Source of the DNA: a virus
Lineage: Duplodnaviria; Caudoviricetes
Strand: one strand, 5' to 3'
Length of the DNA: 57,103 bases
Virus record (IMG/VR): IMGVR_UViG_3300005805_000105
Location: 1-57,103 of that record
Shown here: positions 20,467 through 30,700 of the stretch, in pieces
Layout: each line of letters opens with the position of its first letter
Numbering within the stretch: position 1 is the first letter of the stretch
The notes under the pieces: model-generated
What the model was told of the DNA's origin: nothing
What the model saw: the letters and a program-made list of their open reading frames with translations, nothing else
Databases searched by the model: none
Position numbers and translations under genes: made by a program

Positions 20467-20823
20467 TTATCTCCTAAACTGTTTGATAATCACATCCTTT
20501 GATCTTGGGTCCACTCCTTGAGATTTAGCACCATGAAAAGGACACGGGGTTTTATGATTATCCCCTTGGACGATGATGCCCGTGCCTTTGCATGGACACT
20601 TGTTTGGATCTTCATCAGGTCTAATGATTTCATCTGGCTTGGGAACTACGGTGAATACTTTAGCTTCAGCTTGTGCGAAAGCTAATTTTACTTCTTCTTT
20701 CCATGTGTCTACAGAGCTTTCATAGACTTTGGCAATTTCCGGTGTAGGTAAACAGCCAAATTCTGATGTCTTATAAACACATCCAGCTACTAATAATAGG
20801 CCCAATATAATCCAGCGTTTCAT
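20467..20823 (-). CDS. Putative lipoprotein with Cys/Zn motif
   Basis: Lipobox LVAG-C; CPCKGTG...CPFHG. Confidence 0.6.
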   Translation of the reverse strand: MKRWIILGLLLVAGCVYKTSEFGCLPTPEIAKVYESSVDTWKEEVKLAFAQAEAKVFTVVPKPDEIIRPDEDPNKCPCKGTGIIVQGDNHKTPCPFHGAKSQGVDPRSKDVIIKQFRR

Positions 20824-21050
20824 TATGCGTTCCCGCCATCAATTACATTTGGTGTCACATAATAACCAACATTATCAAATCTAGATGTATATTTTGATTC
20901 TAACTGATTATAAGTTAAGCTAGTTTCAAAAGCGGCCACAGATGAATCATATTCGCCTGTAGCTTGACATGTGACAACTGTGCTTGCATTGTTAATTTCT
21001 TCACTAGTTTCGTGCGCTGCTGTCACAACGTCCACTGTAGTAATTGCCAT
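20823..21050 (-). CDS. Small acidic protein, probably virion
   Basis: Strong AGGAGA RBS; IDGG C-terminus. Confidence 0.5.
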   Translation of the reverse strand: MAITTVDVVTAAHETSEEINNASTVVTCQATGEYDSSVAAFETSLTYNQLESKYTSRFDNVGYYVTPNVIDGGNA

Positions 21051-21161
21051 GATTTTCTCCTAAAAAAGTAGGCTTGCCTATCTTATAATACACTTTTCAT
21101 AAACTTTATGCCATCTGGCTTTACTCACTCCTATTAAGATGTCAAAGAATATTCATGTATG

Positions 21162-23384
21162 CTAACCGCTTGTAATAATAAGACCTGCACCTGCACCGGC
21201 CCAAGTATCCGTTCCGGGATTGTCTGTTGTTGGTGGGGTTGGGGTATCACTCGTATTTGATGCGGAAAAAGATCCTGTCTCGTTATGGTACCAGTTCCAC
21301 GTAGAATACCCGAAGGCTCCCCAAATGATAATATACTCGCCATTCACAAAAGGCTCATATGTTGTTTGAACATAACTGCCCTTCGCATAATACGGCTTTC
21401 CATTATATGTTCCCGCTTGTACATAAACTCCATTAGCGCCAGACTGTTCTCCAGTAAGACCGCTTACTGTGAGCGTATTTTCTGGTGGGGCGGTGGTTGT
21501 TGATCCACCGCAAGTTGTTTGTGTCAAAGTGGGGGCGGGAGAAGCTGCTTCTACTACGTACCATTCAGTAGGATCAGTAGGAGGAGAAGCGTGATTGCCA
21601 GCAGAATAAGCTACTACGCCACCGTAAGTAGGACCACCGGGCTGATATTTTATTACCCACATTTCCGATAAGCCCAACCAGTAGATGTAATAATCTCCAC
21701 GGGAATAAACATCTTTGCCGTCAAATTTTTCGTCTCCTAGGCAATAAGTCCCGTTGAAACTAGAATCTCCCGCTCCGCTGACTGTATATCCTTGGACTCC
21801 GGGAGTGGCAGTTGTTGTTGTTGTTGTTCCACCGCAAGTTGTTTGCGTAACAGACGTAGGTGCAGAACCCAAATCGGTTCCGCAGCAAGAGTAAGAACTC
21901 CATCCTGTTACTGGCAGCTCGCCGCCGTTGTATCCATATCCTCCGTTGTAGTAATATCCGTCCGAAGCAGCCAAAATATTGCCAACAACAGGCCCAATCC
22001 ACGCATAATCGCCGCCATAATAGATGTACAGATTGTTGGTTTGATGCTTATAGATATTTGTACCTTGACCGGATCCGCTAGCACCGTCATTGACCGCATA
22101 AAAACAATATGTGCCGTTGTACGCGCTATTACCGGCACCTGTCACAATGTAACCGGGGGTGCTGGGAGCAGCAGTAGTTGTCGTTGTTGTCGTTGTTGTC
22201 GTGCCAAGGTAACAAATTTCTATTTCAGCTGAAATAAGAGTTCCAGCGTCTGGTATTTGTGAATCGAAGAAGCTGTCAAAATCTTGTATATACAATGACC
22301 ATTGTCCATTTGTTTCTTGTGGAGTTAATCCAACAAATGTCGTAATATTTGGTGTAACATTGCCGGGTTGTCCTCCAACAGATGAATTTAGTAATTGTAC
22401 TGGACATGGTGGAGAAAAGTTAACGCGGTATGAGCCTGTACTATTAATAAATGTCCCAGCTGAGAAGCAGTCCCACACTGTTGTAGAGTCGCTAGATATA
22501 ATTACATTTATATTGTCAGCTATATCAGCACCACTTAATCTTCCTGCGATCACAGAATAAGCAGCATTATTTGGCGATACAAGCACCATGCCCACATCAC
22601 CAGTGTATGGATGATTATATCCATTTAGCTTGAGTGATATTTTGGTAATATTACCAGATATACCAGCAACATTGAAAGTGATCGGATATACACTGGCTGT
22701 GTCATAATCTCTAATAATAATATTAGACTGTTCAGCTGGGATTGTATTGCATATTTCAAATAGTGGACCAGCAGTTGTTGTAGTAGTTGTAGTAGTGGTG
22801 GTAGTGGTTGTTGTTGTGGTAGTAGTGGTAGTTGTGGTAGTAGTTGTAGTGGTCACTGTAATGGGTGTATGAATGGCATAGTTTCCCATTCCAACTACAT
22901 TAATAGCTGCTACCTGAAAAGTATATGTACCAAATGGTAAGTTATTGAGAGAAAAAGTTGTTCCCGTTTGCGTTGTAGTTATCCAATTAACACCATTATG
23001 AGCATATCTAACAGAATACTGGATAACTTCACAGCCGCCATCATTAAGTGGAGGTTCCCACGTAACTTCAATATCGTCCTCGCCATTATAATTGGCGGTA
23101 AAATTTCTAACAAGATTTGGAATATTGCCAAGAACAGTGCTGGCGATATTAGAATATGGTCCGCGACCAGCCCCGTTTACTGCTGCAACTTGAAACTCAT
23201 ATAATTCACAACTAACAAAATTATCTATAGTGAACAATGTAGCAGAAGTTGCATCAACAACTGGATCACTATATATTGTCCATGTTAATTCATTAGCTTT
23301 TTTATACTGAATTATGTAATCAACAATAGGAGATCCGCCATTATCTGATGGCGCGTTCCAGTTAAGTTTAAATACCTTGGCCAT
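21162..23384 (-). CDS. Virion fibre/adhesin-like protein: 2x FN3, poly-Thr, P-domain, 3 repeated modules
   Basis: WNAPSDNGGSPIVDY/YEFQVAAVN FN3; YPITFNVAG..GDVGMVLVSP..NGQWSLYIQD P-domain; GAGxSxxNGTYC repeats. Confidence 0.75.
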   Translation of the reverse strand: MAKVFKLNWNAPSDNGGSPIVDYIIQYKKANELTWTIYSDPVVDATSATLFTIDNFVSCELYEFQVAAVNGAGRGPYSNIASTVLGNIPNLVRNFTANYNGEDDIEVTWEPPLNDGGCEVIQYSVRYAHNGVNWITTTQTGTTFSLNNLPFGTYTFQVAAINVVGMGNYAIHTPITVTTTTTTTTTTTTTTTTTTTTTTTTTTTAGPLFEICNTIPAEQSNIIIRDYDTASVYPITFNVAGISGNITKISLKLNGYNHPYTGDVGMVLVSPNNAAYSVIAGRLSGADIADNINVIISSDSTTVWDCFSAGTFINSTGSYRVNFSPPCPVQLLNSSVGGQPGNVTPNITTFVGLTPQETNGQWSLYIQDFDSFFDSQIPDAGTLISAEIEICYLGTTTTTTTTTTAAPSTPGYIVTGAGNSAYNGTYCFYAVNDGASGSGQGTNIYKHQTNNLYIYYGGDYAWIGPVVGNILAASDGYYYNGGYGYNGGELPVTGWSSYSCCGTDLGSAPTSVTQTTCGGTTTTTTATPGVQGYTVSGAGDSSFNGTYCLGDEKFDGKDVYSRGDYYIYWLGLSEMWVIKYQPGGPTYGGVVAYSAGNHASPPTDPTEWYVVEAASPAPTLTQTTCGGSTTTAPPENTLTVSGLTGEQSGANGVYVQAGTYNGKPYYAKGSYVQTTYEPFVNGEYIIIWGAFGYSTWNWYHNETGSFSASNTSDTPTPPTTDNPGTDTWAGAGAGLIITSG
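22773..22853 (-). repeat. ACN tract encoding 27 consecutive Thr
   Basis: 81 nt of mixed Thr codons; further tracts at 22173-22202 (10), 27768-27803 (12), 30717-30746 (10). Confidence 0.95.
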
Positions 23385-23390
23385 GGCATA

Positions 23391-23585
23391 TTATTTTGGT
23401 TCAATAACTACGCCCACGCATCCAAGGTTTATTAATTTTTCGATTAATGCTTCATCACTAAGAGGATCTAGTTCAGAAGACATATTCTGAAGAACTACTT
23501 GATCTGCTTCTGTGCCTCTTAATAATGATAAAGATACGGTGCGCCCTGTAAGTTCTAATGTTATTGTGTCCATATATTGCTCCAT
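23391..23585 (-). CDS. Small hypothetical protein
   Basis: ORF abuts upstream stop codon. Confidence 0.45.
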   Translation of the reverse strand: MEQYMDTITLELTGRTVSLSLLRGTEADQVVLQNMSSELDPLSDEALIEKLINLGCVGVVIEPK

Positions 23586-23735
23586 TTATTTGTTTTCTGT
23601 TGGTTTATCATTCGTTGTTTCATATATAGTTGATGAATAATTTGGAGCAGACCATATAACTATGGAATTATAGTATATCTTACTTACACTAATATTACCA
23701 AGTTTTATGTTATCTGCACTATTAATTATTGACAT
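23586..23735 (-). CDS. 49-aa fibre-associated protein (not in ORF track)
   Basis: MSIINSADNIKLGNISVSKIYYNSIVIWSAP..., similar to the N-terminus of 26653..27222; fills the gap exactly. Confidence 0.65.
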   Translation of the reverse strand: MSIINSADNIKLGNISVSKIYYNSIVIWSAPNYSSTIYETTNDKPTENK

Positions 23736-23736
23736 A

Positions 23737-26640
23737 TTATCCTACTATAATATATAGAGTATTTGAGTCTGGTGCAGATAATGCATCGTATTCCGCCTGT
23801 GTTAATTTACGAATAGCAGAAACATTACCAGCATTTGTAACCTTATTATTTAGTTCTGACTGTACAGCTGTGCTAACTGGTTTATTAGCATCGCTCGTAT
23901 TGTCCACATCGCTTAAACCAACCATGCTCTTGGTGATACCAGAAACAGTACCGGTGAAAGTTGGGTTGGCAACATTGGCCTTGAGGTCAACGTTAGACTT
24001 CAAGCTCTTGAACGCCTGCTGAACAGTAGATGCTCCAGCGATACCACTATCAATCTGGTTGTGATAGATGTTCTTACTGTCGTGCAAAACTTCAATCGCG
24101 TGCTGCACGTTATAAGAAATCGATGAGTTACCAGCCACAGTGAGGGTAGCGGCGGCATTGGTAGCCGTTGCATTCGCACTGATCGTTAAGGTCGAGCCAC
24201 TAATGGCCGTTATCGTTGTGCCAGCCGGAATTCCCGTACCTGTGATCGTGTATCCTACTTGGAAGTTGGCCGCGAGAACGCTTCCATTGTTTACAGTGAC
24301 TTGGTTACTGCCGCTTGTGATACTGCCAGCAAAACCAAGATTGAAAGTCAGTGGGAAGCTTAACTGCTCACACTGCCATGTGATTGTGCCGTCCACAACC
24401 GTGCCGCCTATTGTGGTCGGCCATGTGGGCTGCGTTGTGCCGCTACGGCCAATGCCCGTGGCGGTCACATTGCGATACTGATAGCCGTTGCCGGGAAGTA
24501 GGATGCGATTACGCACATACTGCGCATTAGCGGCCCAACCAATAGCCGGATATCTAAATGTGACAGCCGCCGAACGTGCAGTAAGAAACGCACTTCCAAG
24601 ACCGGGCTGGGTATTCGTATTCCAACCGGGATGCGTATGAATAGCACCTTCGTTGGCCGACAATCCAAATGGGCCGGGCTGAATAAACCCGCTTGCACTT
24701 GCGTTGCCGAAGAATGTTCCCTTGATCCACTTTGCGTTGGCCGCAGTTACCGCAACCGAAACATCCGGCCCCGCGTTCTCGTAGGACACAGTGTTGGCGG
24801 TCGGAAAGTCAACGACCTTGGCGCCAGACGTGGCGGTGTTGAACGACGTGTCTTCAGTCACACCATTGATGAGAACATACTGCTCACGCCAGTAGCCATC
24901 GGAGAGAATGTTGCGCCCTTGCCCGTGATTCAGCGACAGCGTAACCGTGGCAACATTGTTTGTTCTAGTAAACGATGTGGCCTTGATTTCGTTGTACGCC
25001 GGAAGTTGCACACCATCCAAACTGACAAGTGTTTGTATGACAGTAGGGAAAACAGAGGCCCAACTTTGGAAAATCGCATTGTTAAGTGTCGCCATCGTTA
25101 CATTACCAATAATATTTCCAAATCCGTTGCCGCCGGCACTGTGGTTACTGTTGCATCCGTTGAAAGTGATGACGTGAGAACCGGTGGATTTAAGCGTGTC
25201 AAAAGTAGAATTCTGCCACGCATACAACTGCATCGTGCTGCTCGTCGGGCTTGTCGCTTCGATCACGCCACGAACACCACAATTCGTCAAATGCACCTGA
25301 TTAAACCAGCCTTGATCCGCAGTATGAACAGTCAGATTACCAAGAATCCCGACCATGCTGTGCTGGCCGTTATTGAACATTGGCCGATGGTTCGAGCCGA
25401 TCATGGCGAAAACAAAGTTGCCAAGTTCACCAGAATCGAATGTCAGACTAGCCGAAGCATTCGTTGCGGTGGCATTGTTGTTCAGCGTAATGGTGCTGTC
25501 GCTAATGGCCGTGATGACCGTATTGAGTGGCATACCCGTGCCGGTCATAACCGTGCCAACCTTGAGTCGGCTGTAATTAACGTGCGATGTGCTAACAGTA
25601 ATAGTGTTGCTGCCGGTCGTAGTCGCGGAGGTAACGTTGTTCGTATTGCCGCCGGAAGTCGCGGGAACCACGTTCGCCGGACGACTCCACAAATAGTTGC
25701 CCTTGAGCGTGACGCCGCCGGTCAGATCAAACACAACGACGGGGCGAAACGGAATATTCAACGTGCCGCCGGATTCTTCATCGTAAAAGCCCGGAGCGAT
25801 ACGGAAGCAATAAAATCGCTTGGTCGTGTCGTTCATGTCCGCGAGCGACGCCGCACTAGAAACGGACGCCAAAGCCGACCGCATGGTTTTGTACGGGCGA
25901 TACTGGCTGCCGTCTTCGGTGTAGGTATCGGTGCGGCTGTTATCAACGTAAATGTTCCTAGAGCCGGGCTGCGAAAGCCAACTATTGAGTTCCGCAAGCG
26001 TGTGCGTGTGGCCTACGTTTGACTTAAGATCAAGAGCAGTTTGCTGCGCTGTGCTAACTGGCTTATTAGCATCACTGGTGTTATCAACATTGTCAAGCCC
26101 AACGTCATTTTTAGACAAAATTACATTGCCAGTTTGATTAGCTACGCTTTGCACTGGAGCGGCTGCACTGGCTCTTTCGTCTGTATAATATTTATTAAGT
26201 GTACCTTCAGCAACATCATCCGTGGTACCGGGAGAAGATGTAATATTAATATATGTGCTACCGCTCCAACGATATGATTTATTATCATCGAGTGTGACAT
26301 ATATCTTACCAGTTTCACCTGACACTGGTAGTCCAGAAACACTTGGATATTCTAAAACATCATCTACATAACTTGGCAACTGAGTAGATGGAACCTTACC
26401 ACTATTATCTAAGTCTGCCTTGCCACTCAATAAAGTTCCTAGGCCAGACGCTGTAACAATATTACTAGAAAGTCTATTATCATCTAAAGTACCCTCTGTA
26501 AGCTGACTAGCATCTGTCACTAGATCAGCAATGCTTCTAAGAGTTACTTTATTTGTCACTCCAGATGGATTACTAACTGGTACTACGCCCAAATCAATGG
26601 CTGGCGAAGATGATAATTCTGATATCTTAATATCTGGCAT
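23737..26640 (-). CDS. Tail-fibre-like protein
   Basis: IKISEL N-terminus, GKVPSTQLPSYVDDV, two VDNTSDANKPVSTA repeats, QAEYDAL..DSNTLYII C-terminus. Confidence 0.8.
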   Translation of the reverse strand: MPDIKISELSSSPAIDLGVVPVSNPSGVTNKVTLRSIADLVTDASQLTEGTLDDNRLSSNIVTASGLGTLLSGKADLDNSGKVPSTQLPSYVDDVLEYPSVSGLPVSGETGKIYVTLDDNKSYRWSGSTYINITSSPGTTDDVAEGTLNKYYTDERASAAAPVQSVANQTGNVILSKNDVGLDNVDNTSDANKPVSTAQQTALDLKSNVGHTHTLAELNSWLSQPGSRNIYVDNSRTDTYTEDGSQYRPYKTMRSALASVSSAASLADMNDTTKRFYCFRIAPGFYDEESGGTLNIPFRPVVVFDLTGGVTLKGNYLWSRPANVVPATSGGNTNNVTSATTTGSNTITVSTSHVNYSRLKVGTVMTGTGMPLNTVITAISDSTITLNNNATATNASASLTFDSGELGNFVFAMIGSNHRPMFNNGQHSMVGILGNLTVHTADQGWFNQVHLTNCGVRGVIEATSPTSSTMQLYAWQNSTFDTLKSTGSHVITFNGCNSNHSAGGNGFGNIIGNVTMATLNNAIFQSWASVFPTVIQTLVSLDGVQLPAYNEIKATSFTRTNNVATVTLSLNHGQGRNILSDGYWREQYVLINGVTEDTSFNTATSGAKVVDFPTANTVSYENAGPDVSVAVTAANAKWIKGTFFGNASASGFIQPGPFGLSANEGAIHTHPGWNTNTQPGLGSAFLTARSAAVTFRYPAIGWAANAQYVRNRILLPGNGYQYRNVTATGIGRSGTTQPTWPTTIGGTVVDGTITWQCEQLSFPLTFNLGFAGSITSGSNQVTVNNGSVLAANFQVGYTITGTGIPAGTTITAISGSTLTISANATATNAAATLTVAGNSSISYNVQHAIEVLHDSKNIYHNQIDSGIAGASTVQQAFKSLKSNVDLKANVANPTFTGTVSGITKSMVGLSDVDNTSDANKPVSTAVQSELNNKVTNAGNVSAIRKLTQAEYDALSAPDSNTLYIIVG
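23867..26076. repeat. 29-nt direct repeats (2 mismatches) at 23867-23895 and 26048-26076 flanking a GC-rich segment
   Basis: gctgtgctaactgg(t/c)ttattagcatc(g/a)ct. Confidence 0.85.
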
Positions 26641-26652
26641 GATTAATATTCC

Positions 26653-27222
26653 TTATAAAATAATGTTGTTATTGGTTTCTGTGGTAAGTTTAAATGAATT
26701 TTCTGTGTTTAAATAATCAGCAAAATTTCTGTATAGAATATAGAACTCGCTGAAACTACTAGTTAAACCGCAAAGGGTTTTATTAATAGGATCTGGAGCA
26801 TTTTCTCCAGTTAATACTGTAATGTCGTTAGTTTCTCCATTACTATTATAGTGAAAAATTCTTGCTGTATCAAATTGTTCTTCTGTTAAGTGGCTTAAGT
26901 TAAAACACAATAATATATCACCAGCAAAGTCTGCTGTAGTTTCAATATTATATATAGCAGCATTATTTGTAATAGAAAAATCTCCCGGCAATAATGGAGA
27001 TTCTTCTGCTATTGGTCTGTATGTGATAGTTGTATTTCCAGCAGCGACCGTTTCTTCAAATGTTAGAGTTATTTCTGTTTGTCCTAAAACGGTTGTGGTT
27101 TGTGACCCTTCACCAGATGGTGTAGAAAGTAGTCTTCTTCCATACACAAGATTTGTGCCAAGAAAGACTTGTTCTACTAAATTATTACCAATATAAATTT
27201 TGTCTAATAAGTAAGATATCAT
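26653..27222 (-). CDS. Fibre-associated beta-rich protein
   Basis: KIYIGNNLVEQVFLG N-terminus; YNIETTA..LCF..IFHY..LCGLTSSFSEF. Confidence 0.6.
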   Translation of the reverse strand: MISYLLDKIYIGNNLVEQVFLGTNLVYGRRLLSTPSGEGSQTTTVLGQTEITLTFEETVAAGNTTITYRPIAEESPLLPGDFSITNNAAIYNIETTADFAGDILLCFNLSHLTEEQFDTARIFHYNSNGETNDITVLTGENAPDPINKTLCGLTSSFSEFYILYRNFADYLNTENSFKLTTETNNNIIL

Positions 27223-27713
27223 GATTCTTTAATAAGGTAGAGTGTGTTTGGGTCGTGAGAAACCAATTGATTGTATGCTATTTGAGATATTTGAACAATA
27301 TTATTTATCCCACTAGAACCAGCTATATTGTTTGGATTACTTGATATATAATTAGTATCATTGTTGAGTGAGCTAATATCGGCTCCACTAGTAATATAAT
27401 TTTGTAAGTCTGTTATTTGTGATTCTGTGAGTCTTAATGCTCCGCTGTGTTGTACTACAGAGCTTTGAGTAATGTTTGCGTCTGGAACATTTGCCCATAT
27501 TACTGATGCGGCAAGGTTATTTATTTCAGGACCGCCACCGCTACCACCGCCAGTGATGCCAGTAAGTTGTACCCAAGTACTAGTACCGTCGCCAATTTTG
27601 AATACTTTACTATCTATAGCAAAAGCTGGTTCACCAGAAGCTAAGATTGTATTTTCAGATATAAAATTTGCTTCAGTATCTCTGCGTAGTTTTATTGTAG
27701 GATATTTTCGCAT
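27219..27713 (-). CDS. Fibre protein with Mtd_N/hyaluronidase-type N-terminal anchor
   Basis: IKLRRDT..NTILASGEPAF..KIGDG; DPNTLYLI C-terminus. Confidence 0.7.
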   Translation of the reverse strand: MRKYPTIKLRRDTEANFISENTILASGEPAFAIDSKVFKIGDGTSTWVQLTGITGGGSGGGPEINNLAASVIWANVPDANITQSSVVQHSGALRLTESQITDLQNYITSGADISSLNNDTNYISSNPNNIAGSSGINNIVQISQIAYNQLVSHDPNTLYLIKES

Positions 27714-27755
27714 AGTAGTTCCTAGTTTAATATGACTACAAGATAATACACAATT

Positions 27756-30700
27756 TTATGGTGAAATTGTAGTAGTAGTGGTAGTTGTGGTGGTGGTTGT
27801 CGTACATATTCCACTTCCGAATGATCTTTCTGGCAAGGGGAAGCTAGTACCACTATATCTAGCTCGATTGCTTATTCTAACTTCATCTATTTGACCTATA
27901 AAGCCCTGTGTTCCGATTCTAATACCATCAGTAATAGAAGACATACAACCAATATCAATGCCGTCATGCGTATAAGCAAATGTTGGTGTGCTAAATAGGC
28001 TCTTTCTTGATCCGTCAATATATAATGCGTTTGTATTGCCGCTACGTACCCAAGCCACATGGTGCCACTTGTTACTAAGTACAGAATTAGTAGCATTAAA
28101 CATAGTTACTTTTTCTTCTACAAAGTTATTTCCTTGATTGAGTGTATTTTTGGTATATTCTACAAATAAGCTACCATCATCCACGTACATTTTCCACGTT
28201 GCATTGTCAGTAACTGGTGCAGATGAAAAATTACCAGCCATAAGCACTTGTGGATTGCCCGTAAACTGATTAACTCTAAAGAAACATTCGACAGTTGAAT
28301 TTACTCCAGATGGCAAGTTCATTGCTGTTCCAGAACCAAAGAACAATCCAATACTATTATTTCCATCTAAAAATAAGCTTGCTCCACCAAATTTATATGT
28401 TGGCGTCCAAGTGTATATAGAACCAACTGGCTCCGGTGTCCATGAGTTTTTAGAAATATCTTCAAAGTCTGAGCCATATAGTTCACCATCTAAGTGTGTC
28501 AATAAAATTGTGTCGCAATAATTATCATCTGTGGCTTCAATGGGCATAATATTAGCTGTTGGGGTGCTATATGCACCAATGCCAACATAATTTCTAGCAG
28601 CTACTCTAAATTGATAATTAATATTGTTCTCTAATCCAGTAATAATGCATGATTTAGTTGTGGGATGAATTTCTACAACATCTGTCCACTCTGATTCTCC
28701 ACTCTTGAGATATTGGATATAGTAATCAAGCACGCCCTGTTCTTCTGACTGTGCTAAATCCCAAGATAGAAAAATGTCTCTACTTCCGGCTAGGAGTGAT
28801 GTATTTGCATTTTTTGGCACTACATTTGTTGGCGCATTAGGTAAGTAAGAGAATACAGTCATTAAAGAGTGATTTCCGCCAGTATGTGCAGACATCCATC
28901 TAATTCTACTATTAATTTTTGTTGGCTCATTTCTGTCAATATTATCACCAAGTCCGAGTTGGCCATGATTATTATGACCAAAAGCCCAAGCTTCCTTTTT
29001 AGAGTTAATTATTATAGAATGATTACCACCAGCGTCCATGTCAATCCAATCGCTAGATGGTAATTTAGTTGGTAATATTCTTTGTAGTTGATCGCTGGTT
29101 CCCAATTGTCCATAAGTATTTTTACCAAACGACCATATTTCGTTTCTATTGTTTCTTAGTAATGAAAAGTCAATACCGGCAGCAATATCTACCCAAACAC
29201 TTGATGGTTTATCATAATATAATAGATTTTCGCCACCCATATATCCATTATTATACGAATAAATACTAACCTTTTCAAAGTCTCCAGACACGTTTACTGT
29301 AACTGTGCCATAATAAAAATTATATGTACCGTTAGCTGTTGTATTTGTTACAGACTTAGAACCTCTAAGATCAGAGCCAGAATATGAAATTAAATCTTGT
29401 TTACCATCATTTAGTACTGCTATGGCAAAACCGCTAGGAACTCCGCTAATAACATATTGACCAGAACTAAGTAAATATCTATCTTGCTCATCGTATGTTT
29501 TACCAACAGAGTAATTGAGAATATATTTATTATCTGTCACATATAATGATCCAGATCTAGCAAGATTAGACCATTCATAACAATCTAGTAACTTCCAATC
29601 TGAGACAATCTTGGTTGGATTTAGTCTATTATTTGTATCGCCAAGTCCTAGTTGTCCATAATTATTATTACCAAAGCTCCACACATCTCCAGAGCTATCA
29701 AGTGCTAATGAATGATAATTGCCAGCAGCCACCTTTACCCAGTTTGTTTTAGTTCCAACTCTTTGTGGCTCGTTTCTATTTGTCACATCGCCAGTACCAA
29801 GTTGTCCAAAAGCATTGTGACCAAAGCTATATAATTCTCCACTCTTAATTGCTAATGAGTGATAGTTGCCAGCTGCAATTTCTTGCCAATCTGCATTTGG
29901 GTCTTGATAATGAAATAGATTTTCTGCTCCAGCATAACCGTCTGCTATAGAATATAAACTAACTTTATCATAATTTCCGCTAACATTAATTGTGACATTA
30001 CCATATACGAATCCGTAAGTGCCATCGGCTTCTGTGCCTGTAACAACTGAAGAAGCGGCTAAAAACTCGCCAGAATAACTAATTATATTTGTTTTACCTT
30101 GGTTTAATATAGCCATTGCGTAATCTTGTGGAACCCCACTAATAACATATGTTCCACTTGGCATAATAAACCTATGTGGGCAATTGTATCCATTAGAGGC
30201 TGATGCGAAGGTATATAGAGCATTTTGTACATCAACTTGTTCTATATTACTAAATGGAAGATAATGTACTTTAGAACCAACGAGAACTGGCTGTTCTCTA
30301 TATTCTCCGTCGCCAACGCCTAGACAACCATGAGCATTAGAACCAAACGCATAAAGTTTATCATTTGAATCAATTGCTAGCGTATGATAAGCTCCAGCAG
30401 AAAGTTTCTTCCACTTTGGAGTATTGCTATGTAAACATGTGTCTATATAAACTCCGCTAACTTTTTGCGGAACAGATCTATTAGTTCCAGCACCAATATT
30501 ATTTAGTCCTAATTGGCCATAATAATTATAACCAAATGTATACAGGTCATCGTAGTAGTCTATGCCAACAGTGTGATAATGTCCAACAGAAAATGTTTTC
30601 CATTTTTTATTGCCAGTTATTAATACTGGCTGATTTCTTTGCTGCTCATCACCAGTTCCAAGTTGACCAAATTCATTGTATCCAAACGTATAAACTGAAT

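Noticed and set aside
23681-23690. GTGTAAG as a ninth promoter motif
   Set aside because: Mismatched, and lies inside the 49-aa ORF
24631-26022. 463-aa plus-strand ORF
   Set aside because: Antisense shadow of the GC-rich fibre cassette; Arg-rich, no motifs, no evident RBS
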